From Candidatus Latescibacterota bacterium (GTDB lineage: Bacteria > Latescibacterota > UBA2968): DNA of 64,000 nucleotides. The translations under genes and the position numbers were made by a program. Positions 10,632 through 21,361 of this stretch are shown one piece after another; positions within the stretch are counted from its first letter, which is position 1, and every line of letters begins with the position of its first letter. Location: contig OZ241986.1 of NCBI GenBank assembly GCA_965204375.1, forward strand, positions 5,632,001 through 5,696,000, read 5' to 3'. A model generated the notes under the pieces. That model saw only the letters and a list, made by a program, of their open reading frames with translations. It had not been told where the DNA came from and did not search any database.

Positions 10632-11090
10632 ATGAACGAGACGCGAAGAGACTGGCTGGCTAAAGTTACAATGGGTGTAGGGCTGGTTTTGGGCTATGGG
10701 GCGTTCGCAACACAGGGTCTTCTCTTTTTGTTGCCCAAACGTTTGAAGCCAAAGACGAGGCGGTTGTTTGTGGGACCGGTAGATCGATACCGCGTGGGAC
10801 AGGTGGCATCGGTCTATGATTTGGAGGGCAATGAAATTCTGGTGAAGCGGAGCGAGGCCGGGTTTGTGGCTTATTCCTCAACCTGCCCCCACCTGGGGTG
10901 TAAGGTTCATTGGATGCCGGATAAGAGGGAATTTCTCTGCCCCTGTCATCAAGGTGTGTTCAATGCCGATGGCGTGGCTATTTCCGGGCCGCCAGCCGAT
11001 GCAAAACAGGATCTGTTTCAGGTGCCGTTAAGCGTGGAAGGCGGTGTGGTCTATCTGGATGTCGTGGATGCGAAACGGAGGAAAGTGTGA
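10632..11090 (+). CDS. Rieske [2Fe-2S] subunit of a Rieske/cytochrome b complex
   Basis: Tat-like TRRDWL plus TM helix; CPHLGC and CPCH boxes; ATG 10632 after GGAGG. Confidence 0.92.
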   Translation: MNETRRDWLAKVTMGVGLVLGYGAFATQGLLFLLPKRLKPKTRRLFVGPVDRYRVGQVASVYDLEGNEILVKRSEAGFVAYSSTCPHLGCKVHWMPDKREFLCPCHQGVFNADGVAISGPPADAKQDLFQVPLSVEGGVVYLDVVDAKRRKV

Positions 11091-12148
11091 GTTTAAGTTC
11101 GAAGGATAGGCCTGATTCCCGTTTGGAGGCACTGTTCCCTCTGGACTGGGATTTGATCCGCCATGCGGGGGCCGAACCCGTGCCCCATCATTTGAAAAAG
11201 TGGTGGTTCTGTCTGGGCGGTACGCCGTTTTATCTGTTTGTGGTGCAGGTTGTTACGGGAATTGCGCTCGCATTTTATTATGTACCGACGCCAGAGGGTG
11301 CATACCAGAGCGTGGCGGCGATTACCCATGAGGTGCGATTTGGATGGTATATCCGATCACTGCACAAATGGTCGGGCAATTTGATGATTGTGGCGGTGTT
11401 TTTGCATATGCTTCGGGTTTATTTTACTGGGGCTTATCGTCAGCCCAGGCAACTGAACTGGTGTATTGGAATTTCGCTTTTGGTGACCACGCTGGCATTC
11501 GGATTCACGGGGTATTCGCTGATCTACGAGCAACTCAGCTTTTGGGGCGCGACGGTGGCTTGCAATCTGGCTGAGGCTGTGCCTCTGGTGGGATCCCATA
11601 TTGGATATTTTTTACGGGGAGGTCCGGAAATTGGCGAGAATACCCTGACCCGGTTTTTTATGCTGCACATTGGCGTGTTGCCAACGGTTATGTTTTTTTT
11701 GTTAGGGCTTCACGTTTTTTTGATTCGTTCGCATGGGGTGACTGAGTTTGAGGATGAGGTTGTGCCGGAAGAGAAACGATTTTTCCGCTTTTTTCCCGAT
11801 CATGTGACCACCGAGTTGTTGATCGGCGTTTTGCTGATGTACATATTGACCCTTCTCGCATTGATATTTCCGGCTGGGTTGGGTGCGCCTGCCGACCCAA
11901 CGCAGACTCCACCCCACATCAAGCCGGAGTGGTATTTTTATTTTAATTTTCGCCTGTTGAAGCTCACCTCTTTAAGGATGAGTGTATTGCTGACTATGGC
12001 AATTGGGGTGGTTGTTTTTTTCTGGCCCTTTATCGAGGGTTTTCTCGCGCGACGGCTCAAAATGCCGGAATGGGTATCGGTGCTTTTGGGCGTGATTGGG
12101 TTTTTGGGATTTCTGGTGCTGACGGTTTGGGAGAGCTTTGCGGTATAA
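11087..12148 (+). CDS. Cytochrome b, b6-type with fused subunit IV
   Basis: Four heme-ligand His (13 and 14 intervening residues), FCLGG heme ci Cys, PEWY motif; GTGA overlap with the Rieske gene. Confidence 0.92.
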   Translation: MSLSSKDRPDSRLEALFPLDWDLIRHAGAEPVPHHLKKWWFCLGGTPFYLFVVQVVTGIALAFYYVPTPEGAYQSVAAITHEVRFGWYIRSLHKWSGNLMIVAVFLHMLRVYFTGAYRQPRQLNWCIGISLLVTTLAFGFTGYSLIYEQLSFWGATVACNLAEAVPLVGSHIGYFLRGGPEIGENTLTRFFMLHIGVLPTVMFFLLGLHVFLIRSHGVTEFEDEVVPEEKRFFRFFPDHVTTELLIGVLLMYILTLLALIFPAGLGAPADPTQTPPHIKPEWYFYFNFRLLKLTSLRMSVLLTMAIGVVVFFWPFIEGFLARRLKMPEWVSVLLGVIGFLGFLVLTVWESFAV

Positions 12149-12158
12149 GGAGGTATGT

Positions 12159-13754
12159 ATGACACTGACGACAAAACGGTATATTGTGGGGGTGCTGTCG
12201 TTCTTGTTTCTGGCCTCGCTTTTACTGGTGGCCTATCAGGAGTCGAAGCGGCACCGGGAAGAGGTAGAACCAGGGCCGATTGTGACGGCTCCGAATGAGG
12301 GCTGCGTGACCTGTCACATGCAGGATTCACCGGCGATGGTCATGGAGTGGCAACGCTCGCGACACGCGCAATTTGGGGTGGGTTGTGTCGATTGTCACGC
12401 CGCACAAGAAGGGGAGATTGACGCTTGGGAACACGAAGGCAGAGTGGTGTCTGCACTGGTGACGCCTAAGGATTGTGCAAGGTGTCATGTGCGCCAATTT
12501 GAGGAATTTTCTCAGAGCCACCATGCCAGAGCGGGCGAGATTCTGGCCAGTCTGGACAATGTGCTGGCCGAGAAGGTGGCTGGTATGCCGGGCAATATTG
12601 CCGATGCCGTGAACGGGTGCTGGCAGTGTCATGGGAGCATTGTGAAGTTTGTGCGGGATGAGGATGGACAGGTAAAACGCACGGGCAAGGAATACCGTCC
12701 GGTGATTGACCCGGATACCTGGCCCAATAGTGGAATGGGACGGCTCAATCCAGATGGGTCAAAAGGGTCGTGCCATGCCTGCCACTCGCGCCATGCATTT
12801 GAAGCCAAATTGTCGCGGTCTCCTGAAAACTGCGGGAAATGCCACATGGGGCCTGATCACCCGCAGATCGAAGTCTATAACGAGTCCAAGCACGGGATTG
12901 CATTTTACGCCAATCGGGACCTTATGGCGCTGGACAAACCGGGCGACTGGGTGCTGGGTAGAGATTATTCGGCGGCTCCAACGTGTGCGACCTGTCACAT
13001 CAGCAGTTATATGACGCCGCAGGGCGTGTACAATGCCAATACACATGATGTGGGCGAGCGGATTAGCTGGACGTTGCGCCCGGTGGTGAGTACCAAACTG
13101 AATCTGGTGATTTTCGAGGATGGGTTCAAAGAAGATTACCCGGATACGCGGAGCTTGCCAGAGGTTGGCTCTGAGGTGGCAACGGTTGAAAAGGTGGTGG
13201 AAAACGAGATGCTGGTGAGTAAGACCGTGATGCGGAAGGTGGAGAGGATTGTGACCTGGGAGGATCGACGGGAGACGATGAAGGGAGCCTGTCGGAATTG
13301 TCACAACGATACTTATATCGATAATTTCTACAAGCAGTTTGACGATCTGGTGGTGCTTTATAACGAGAAGTTCGCCAAACCTGCAAAACAGCTTATGGAT
13401 GAGTTGAAAGCCGATGGCGTGCTCAATCCCAATGCGCCATTTGAACACGAGGTGCAATGGGTGTTCTGGGAGTTGTGGCACCACGAAGGGCGCAGGGCGC
13501 GGCATGGCGCGAGTATGATGGGACCAGATTATACACATTGGCACGGAATGTATGAGGTGGCGAAGCATTTTTATCAAAAGTTTTTGCCCGAGGTGGTTGA
13601 GGCCGCTGGGACGAAAGGATCGCAGATGAAGGAAAAGTACGCGCAAAGGGTTGCCCAACTGCTCGCACAAGACGAGCACCTCTGGCAGAAGGGGTTGAGC
13701 GCGGAAGAGGCCGAGCGTTTGAGGCAAATGTACCAGGAGCGTTATGATCAGTGA
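12159..13754 (+). CDS. Octaheme cytochrome c, hydroxylamine oxidoreductase (HAO) family
   Basis: N-terminal TM anchor; 8 CxxCH motifs (CVTCH, CVDCH, CARCH, CWQCH, CHACH, CGKCH, CATCH, CRNCH); CHMGPDHPQ and MMGPDYTHWHG. Confidence 0.9.
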   Translation: MTLTTKRYIVGVLSFLFLASLLLVAYQESKRHREEVEPGPIVTAPNEGCVTCHMQDSPAMVMEWQRSRHAQFGVGCVDCHAAQEGEIDAWEHEGRVVSALVTPKDCARCHVRQFEEFSQSHHARAGEILASLDNVLAEKVAGMPGNIADAVNGCWQCHGSIVKFVRDEDGQVKRTGKEYRPVIDPDTWPNSGMGRLNPDGSKGSCHACHSRHAFEAKLSRSPENCGKCHMGPDHPQIEVYNESKHGIAFYANRDLMALDKPGDWVLGRDYSAAPTCATCHISSYMTPQGVYNANTHDVGERISWTLRPVVSTKLNLVIFEDGFKEDYPDTRSLPEVGSEVATVEKVVENEMLVSKTVMRKVERIVTWEDRRETMKGACRNCHNDTYIDNFYKQFDDLVVLYNEKFAKPAKQLMDELKADGVLNPNAPFEHEVQWVFWELWHHEGRRARHGASMMGPDYTHWHGMYEVAKHFYQKFLPEVVEAAGTKGSQMKEKYAQRVAQLLAQDEHLWQKGLSAEEAERLRQMYQERYDQ

Positions 13755-13848
13755 TTCAGAATTTCCCTTGATAGATATACAAATGTTCACTATAATTTAT
13801 TAGAAGACGTGGAGATGTTGTGCATTGATGTTCGAGAAAGGAATTAAC

Positions 13849-15537
13849 ATGGATACAAATGGAACTTATCAAGTCGCTGACTTGTGCGAAGCGGCAAGTG
13901 AGGGCGATGTCGCCAAAATTCGTCATATTCTGGATGTGCAACCCGATCTGGTCAATGTTCATATGGCCGAAAATGACGAGCACCTCGCCATTCACTACGC
14001 GGTTATGAATCAGCACGCGGATGCAGTGCGCATGCTGATGGAGGCGGGTGCAGATCACACGTCGGGTATTTATCCCCACCGCGATGCTACGGACGCGCTT
14101 ACCATAGCAGATGAACGCGGCTTGGATGATATTGTTCAGATTTTGCGAGAGGAAGACGAGAAACGCAAACTCGCGGCTTGCGAGAATATTACCATTACGG
14201 AGGAGAATGACGCGCTTTTTGAGGCTATTCGTGAGGGGCGGATGATGGAGACCGTGGAAATTCTCTATAAGAATCCCGATTTGATTAACGCCTGCCATCG
14301 CAATGGCGGTAGTGTGATTCACACTGGTGCATCTCTTGGAAATTATGAGCTTGTTCAATATCTGCTCAAGCGCGGTGCGGATATCACCCATCTCACGCCC
14401 GAGGGTCAATCGCCTCTCGACGGTGCTGTTCACAATATTCGCGGTCGCAACAGGCCACTCAACGAGGGGTGTTTGATTTGTGCGGGTATTCTCCTTCAGG
14501 CCGGATGCGAACAATCGCTTGAGTCTGCTGTCGCGCTTGGGGATCTTGGTTTTGTTCGCGCGTATAAGAGACAACATCCCGAACGCTTTCAGTCCAATGA
14601 CAGCGAGCGAGACGGTCTTTTACAGATCGCTGTGCAAAATGACAATCTCGATATGGTGCGTTTGCTGCTGGACCTGGGTCTCGATCCCGACGACAGATAT
14701 CAACTTCACCACTATGAAACCAAACCCTATTCATGGGGTCAACCGCTGGCTCATGCGGCGGGTCACTCGCAGTATGAGATTGCCGAACTTCTGCTCGAGC
14801 GCGGTGCCGATCCCAATGCGAGTATTTACGCGAGTGGCAATCCCATAGCGGCTGCGTACAATAATCGCGACGATAAGATGAAGGGGTTGCTGTTTAGATA
14901 CGGTGGGGTTTTGGATCATATTACTGCTGGACTTGAAGGTGAGACGTCTGCTGCTGCTGTTGCGCTTCACAATGATTCTTCGCTTGCGGAAAGACTTTTG
15001 TGGGCTGCGGGCTGTGGGGGCGATCCCAATATTGTGGGGATGTGTCTGCGCCAACTCGAATGGGGTCCCGATGACGGTCGCTGGTTTGGCTTGCTCGAGC
15101 AACCTGTGCGCCTGTGGCGCACTCACCCGCATCGCAAATTTCGAGATTTTGACCGCACGGTTTATCCCGAGATTTTTCGCATGATTCTCGATCACGGCGT
15201 CAGTCCCAATCTGGTCGGGCGTTTCGGGTATCGCCTTGCCCATCACATGGCGGCATGTGGTGTTGTGTGGGGAGAGGTGATTATGACTGAGGCCGAGCGC
15301 GTTGCTTTTGCCACTATTCTCCTCGACTATGGTGCAGATCTCGATGTGATTGATGAGCTTTTGCAATCTTCACCGCTTGGCTGGGCTGCGCGATGGGGCA
15401 AGTACGATCTCGCGCGTCTCTATCTCGAGCGCGGTGCCGATCCCACACTGACGGGTGCTGATTGGGCAACGCCACTCGCCTGGGCAGAGAAAAAAGGATA
15501 TGGGGATATTGCCGATCTCATCAGACGGTATCTGTAA
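13849..15537 (+). CDS. Ankyrin repeat protein
   Basis: Repeated ankyrin motifs (LLKRGAD, LLERGADPN, SPLGWAARWG, TPLAWAEKKG). Confidence 0.9.
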   Translation: MDTNGTYQVADLCEAASEGDVAKIRHILDVQPDLVNVHMAENDEHLAIHYAVMNQHADAVRMLMEAGADHTSGIYPHRDATDALTIADERGLDDIVQILREEDEKRKLAACENITITEENDALFEAIREGRMMETVEILYKNPDLINACHRNGGSVIHTGASLGNYELVQYLLKRGADITHLTPEGQSPLDGAVHNIRGRNRPLNEGCLICAGILLQAGCEQSLESAVALGDLGFVRAYKRQHPERFQSNDSERDGLLQIAVQNDNLDMVRLLLDLGLDPDDRYQLHHYETKPYSWGQPLAHAAGHSQYEIAELLLERGADPNASIYASGNPIAAAYNNRDDKMKGLLFRYGGVLDHITAGLEGETSAAAVALHNDSSLAERLLWAAGCGGDPNIVGMCLRQLEWGPDDGRWFGLLEQPVRLWRTHPHRKFRDFDRTVYPEIFRMILDHGVSPNLVGRFGYRLAHHMAACGVVWGEVIMTEAERVAFATILLDYGADLDVIDELLQSSPLGWAARWGKYDLARLYLERGADPTLTGADWATPLAWAEKKGYGDIADLIRRYL

Positions 15538-15552
15538 AAATGGATATTATCC

Positions 15553-15592
15553 AGAACGCCATCGGAAATGCTTGCGATGGCGTTTTCTTTTT
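15553..15592 (+). terminator. Intrinsic terminator
   Basis: AACGCCATCG...CGATGGCGTT stem followed by TTCTTTTT, just after the ankyrin gene. Confidence 0.7.
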
Positions 15593-15651
15593 GTACCATG
15601 AAAGCGCCAGAGGTTGATTTAGCCAACAGTAAGATCAAAAGGAGATAGAGC

Positions 15652-16593
15652 ATGGTTCGCACGTTGATTGGCAGTCGGTATTCAGAGGATGTTGAGGCGT
15701 TGTTAGAAGGTGCGCCTTCTGAGGTTGAGGTGATTTTTCTGCCGGAGGGGGAAAAGCAGGCTGATTATTTGTCGGGCGTGGAAGTGCTTTTTGGCCGGCT
15801 TCCGGAATCCGATTTTGATCACGCAGATGCGTTGAAGTGGGTTCAGCAGCCCCATGCGGGGGCCGAAGGGCATTTGTATGAAAAATTTAAGAATAGCGAT
15901 ATGGTTTTGACCAATGCTGGGGGATTGTTCGGTCCTCAGATTGCAGAACATGGGTTTGCGCTTTTGCTGGCGTTGACGCGACAGATTCACACGCAGTTGG
16001 AGTTTATGAAGCGCAAGCATTGGGAGCGCGTGCCGTGTTTGGAACTGGCGGGTATGACGATGGGTATTATTGGTTTGGGGGGTATCGGGCAGGCGATTGC
16101 AGACCGCGCAAAAGCGTTTGAATTTCGGGTTATTGCCGTCGATCCCGAGGATATGGATTGTCCGGATTCTGTGGATCGGTTGGAAAAGATGGATTATTTA
16201 CCCGAACTTATGTCGCAGTCCAATGTGGTTATGGTGTGTTGCCCCAGTACGGCTGAAACGCATAAGATGCTATCGGGCGAGATGTTTGACCGGTTGATGG
16301 AGGGTAGTTTGCTCGTCAATGTGAGTCGGGGAAAGGTGGTGGATGAGGAGGCTATGGTCGCGGCGTTGCGATCGGGCAAACTGGCGGGTATTGGGCTGGA
16401 TGTAACTTATACGGAACCCTGTCCGGAAGATAGTCCGCTGTGGACCGAACCCAATGTGATTTTGACATCGCACAGTGCGGGGTCTTCACAACATATTCGG
16501 AGGCGCGCTATGGTGCGGTTTGTGGATAATTTGCACAGGTATGTGAGGGGTGAGGCGCTGCAGAATGTGGTGGATAAGGTGAAGGGGTATTAG
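15652..16593 (+). CDS. D-2-hydroxyacid dehydrogenase
   Basis: GIIGLGGIG, NVSRGKVVDE, GLDV..EP and TSHSAG motifs. Confidence 0.93.
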   Translation: MVRTLIGSRYSEDVEALLEGAPSEVEVIFLPEGEKQADYLSGVEVLFGRLPESDFDHADALKWVQQPHAGAEGHLYEKFKNSDMVLTNAGGLFGPQIAEHGFALLLALTRQIHTQLEFMKRKHWERVPCLELAGMTMGIIGLGGIGQAIADRAKAFEFRVIAVDPEDMDCPDSVDRLEKMDYLPELMSQSNVVMVCCPSTAETHKMLSGEMFDRLMEGSLLVNVSRGKVVDEEAMVAALRSGKLAGIGLDVTYTEPCPEDSPLWTEPNVILTSHSAGSSQHIRRRAMVRFVDNLHRYVRGEALQNVVDKVKGY

Positions 16594-16603
16594 GGGCTTC
16601 CCT

Positions 16604-17332
16604 TTATTCCCCCAAAAAAGATGCTTTCCAGAGATTTGCAAAGTGGCGTTTTACCCATTTTAATGGTTTTTGAGCGAGTGCATTAAACCCACCCCATGTC
16701 CACCGCGTGGGGTGGGTTTTTTTTGTTATTTGCTGGAATAGTTCTCGACGGTCTGCATCCAACCAGTTGAGTGTGTCAGATAGATAGATCAATTCGCGCT
16801 CGTATTCCATGGATACCATCGCTTTCATGTGTGCATCGACTTTGTCGGTTTCTTGTAATTTTGTTTTTGGGCATACTGTGTATCGCTCTGTGGATAAGAA
16901 GGACGATATCCATTGATAGGGTACCTGGTTGCGTGCGGATTCAGCGGTGGCGTTGACCTGCGATACCTGGTTCAAAATACCGTAAGTGCGACAGGTCAAG
17001 GGGCGCGCCGAATGGATTGAGCAGCCGCCTTCGGGTGTTAAGAACGGACAGCGACGCGGGCGTTCTTCGACTGTGTTTAGCAATTCTCGCTGTTTTTTGG
17101 GGTCAAAGTGCGAGCGCACATAATCTATGATGTTGATGTATTCGACGGCGTAGAGCGGATACATGGTTGCAAAATTGTCGTTGTATTCGGCATCTGTTAG
17201 TTCACAACAGCTTCCCGGGGCATCGCAACCGGCGCACGATACAGCGGGGACCTGTGCATACACTGCGTTCAGGCGCGCGCGGGTCTCTTCGGGTAAAATT
17301 GGCGATGCGATTTGTAGCAAGGAGTCACTCAC
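16604..17332 (-). CDS. YkgJ/FliB-like cysteine-cluster protein
   Basis: CAGC...CC, CPFL....CSIH..RPLTCR motifs. Confidence 0.8.
   Translation of the reverse strand: MSDSLLQIASPILPEETRARLNAVYAQVPAVSCAGCDAPGSCCELTDAEYNDNFATMYPLYAVEYINIIDYVRSHFDPKKQRELLNTVEERPRRCPFLTPEGGCSIHSARPLTCRTYGILNQVSQVNATAESARNQVPYQWISSFLSTERYTVCPKTKLQETDKVDAHMKAMVSMEYERELIYLSDTLNWLDADRRELFQQITKKTHPTRWTWGGFNALAQKPLKWVKRHFANLWKASFLGE
16685..16724 (+). terminator. Terminator-like hairpin inside the antisense strand of the YkgJ-like CDS
   Basis: AAACCCACCCCA...TGGGGTGGGTTT perfect 12-bp stem with a T8 run, about 90 nt after the dehydrogenase stop. Confidence 0.5.
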
Positions 17333-17343
17333 TTTTTGCGCCT

Positions 17344-19184
<1,841 letters not shown>

Positions 19185-19189
19185 AAGTC

Positions 19190-19212
19190 GGTAGTCAGTG
19201 GTTAGTGGTTAA
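19190..19212. repeat. Short degenerate 7-mer tandem (tagtcag/tggttag/tggttaa)
   Basis: Seen directly in the intergenic gap. Confidence 0.35.
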
Positions 19213-19240
19213 TCCGCCTTGCTTCCCAATTTTTAATTTA

Positions 19241-20224
19241 TTATACCTTTCCCCGTCCGCCGGAAATAAATTTGGCGAGTTGTCGATGGAGATGGGCGCG
19301 CACTTCTGGATTATCTGGATTCAATGCAATGGCCTGGCGGATGATGAAAATGGCGCGTTCGGTATTGCCCATCTGGTAATGCAATTCGGCCAGTGTGTCC
19401 AGATAGGAAGGCGTGTGTGGGCGCAGGCGCAAAGACCGCCGCGATAGGCGAATGCCTTCGCGCAGGTGTATCCCCTGAATGGCGTATATCCAGGCGAGAT
19501 TGTTCAGGCTGCTGTCGTCGAGGGGGTTGAGTTCCAGTGCTTTTTTGTAAAATTCTTCGGCTCGCTCATAGTTTTTGCGCTCGTAATAGACATTGCCCAA
19601 CTCGCCGTGCGTGCGTGCCTGTATTTCCAATTCATTGTTGTTTTTGGGTTCAATATCCAGTGCCTGTACATAAGCCTCTTCGGCGCGCTCGGGCCATTTT
19701 AATACCATGTAAAGACCGCCCAGTTGAAAATGTGCCCACATGGTTTTCGGCCATTGTTCGACAACTGTTTCCAAAAGGGATTGCGCTTCGCTCAACTGGT
19801 CGTGAGCCAGATAGAGGCTGACGAGGTCGCGGTAAGATTCCCGGTGCGCGGGCACTTGCGATATGGCTTTTTCCAGCCACGCGATAGCGGCGTCTGGCCT
19901 CTCAAGTGCTTCATTGACGATTGCGAGGTCACGGTACAAGATCATATAATTGGGAGCTAATCCGAGCGCAGTTTCAAATTCGACGCGCGCTGCGTCGTAT
20001 TGGCTGCGCCTCAGATATGCCCTGCCCAACCACCGCCGCAAAACCGCGTCTTCGGGGCAAATATCCACAGCAGCCTGAAATATCGCCAGCGCTGTTTCGC
20101 GATCGCCATTGGCCTCGATAGCAATGGCGCGGTCTAAATGGCGATACGCCCGATACTGTGCACAGCCAGACAAAAGCAGGACGGATGCGAGTGTGCAAAA
20201 GAGAATTGTGCGTGTGTTATCCAT
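19241..20224 (-). CDS. TPR lipoprotein
   Basis: LLSGC lipobox; multiple TPRs; NNLAW..A and YLDTLA motifs; start set at MDNTRT after GAGGAG. Confidence 0.85.
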   Translation of the reverse strand: MDNTRTILFCTLASVLLLSGCAQYRAYRHLDRAIAIEANGDRETALAIFQAAVDICPEDAVLRRWLGRAYLRRSQYDAARVEFETALGLAPNYMILYRDLAIVNEALERPDAAIAWLEKAISQVPAHRESYRDLVSLYLAHDQLSEAQSLLETVVEQWPKTMWAHFQLGGLYMVLKWPERAEEAYVQALDIEPKNNNELEIQARTHGELGNVYYERKNYERAEEFYKKALELNPLDDSSLNNLAWIYAIQGIHLREGIRLSRRSLRLRPHTPSYLDTLAELHYQMGNTERAIFIIRQAIALNPDNPEVRAHLHRQLAKFISGGRGKV

Positions 20225-20360
20225 AGAGCTACTCCTCAGGGGAAGTATAGAAATCGCAACAGGGGTTGTCAAGGTGCAAAGGTGTTTTCCCTTGACGCAT
20301 ATAGGTGGGCGGGTATAATTAGGCAAATAAATTTCTGTTCACTTTTTCTGAGGTTTTTCC

Positions 20361-21359
20361 ATGTCGCGTATCTATTTCGTTCTTGTTTTTTTGTTTTGTA
20401 TCTCCTGTGGAGCACCGCAGGAGGGTATGCAGACGCAGAATTTGATTATTGCAACGGCTACGCCCGGCGGTACGTATTATCCGGTGGGTGTTGCGCTGAG
20501 TACGACGATTACACAGAAGCTACAGCCCAAGATTGTGGCAGCAGCTATCAATTCTGCAGGGTCGGGCGAGAATATTCAGATGCTGGTCAATCGAGAGGCA
20601 CATCTGGCGATTTTGCAGGGTTTGTACGGTGCGATGGCTTATCGCGGAGAGGGTACCTATCAGGGGCAAGCGGTTAGAGATCTCCGGTCTATTACCCTGC
20701 TATGGGAGAATGTCGAGCATTTTCTACTTCGGGCGTCTGATGCCAAAACAGGTACTGTTGAGGACTTGAGAAAACTCGGCCGCAAATACGTTATTGGCAA
20801 ACGCGGCAGTGGTACAGAAGGCGCGACTCGAACTATTCTCGCAGCGCTTAATATTTCTCCGGATGAGGATTTTACGTCTGAATATCTGGGTTATAGTCCG
20901 TCTGCTCAAGCGATGATTGACGGTCGTATTGCAGGGGCGACGCTTTCGGCTGGTCCGCCCGTGGCCGCTGTGACGCAGGCTTTTGCCCAGCTCGGTGCGG
21001 ACGGGGTTTCTGTGCTTGCTTTTAGCGATGATCATCTCATGGCGATCCAAAATGCGTTTCCCGTGTGGACGCGGTATGTTATTCCGGCCAATACGTATCC
21101 CGGGCAGTCCGAAGCGATTGAGACGATTGCACAACCCAATTTTTTGGCGTGTAGAGCAGATTTGCCCGAGGATGTGGTCTATGAGATTACAAAAACTATT
21201 TATGAGAATTTAGAGGAGATTCAAAATATCCACAAGGCCACGCTCGCAATGTCTCTCGAGAAAGCGACGATGGGCCTGGCTGTTCCCCTGCATGCGGGTG
21301 CCGCGCGCTACTATAGCGAGAAGGGTATCGATATTTCGCCGTCTCTGATAGGGGAATAG
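20361..21359 (+). CDS. TAXI-family TRAP transporter solute-binding protein
   Basis: ATATPGGTYYPVG, GSGEN and VPLHAGA motifs. Confidence 0.93.
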   Translation: MSRIYFVLVFLFCISCGAPQEGMQTQNLIIATATPGGTYYPVGVALSTTITQKLQPKIVAAAINSAGSGENIQMLVNREAHLAILQGLYGAMAYRGEGTYQGQAVRDLRSITLLWENVEHFLLRASDAKTGTVEDLRKLGRKYVIGKRGSGTEGATRTILAALNISPDEDFTSEYLGYSPSAQAMIDGRIAGATLSAGPPVAAVTQAFAQLGADGVSVLAFSDDHLMAIQNAFPVWTRYVIPANTYPGQSEAIETIAQPNFLACRADLPEDVVYEITKTIYENLEEIQNIHKATLAMSLEKATMGLAVPLHAGAARYYSEKGIDISPSLIGE

Positions 21360-21361
21360 GT

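Noticed and set aside
12159-13754. Calling the octaheme proteins nitrifier-type HAO or hydrazine dehydrogenase
   Set aside because: By my alignment Trp (PDYTHW) occupies the crosslinking Tyr position, and no cycA/cycB or hzs genes are adjacent.
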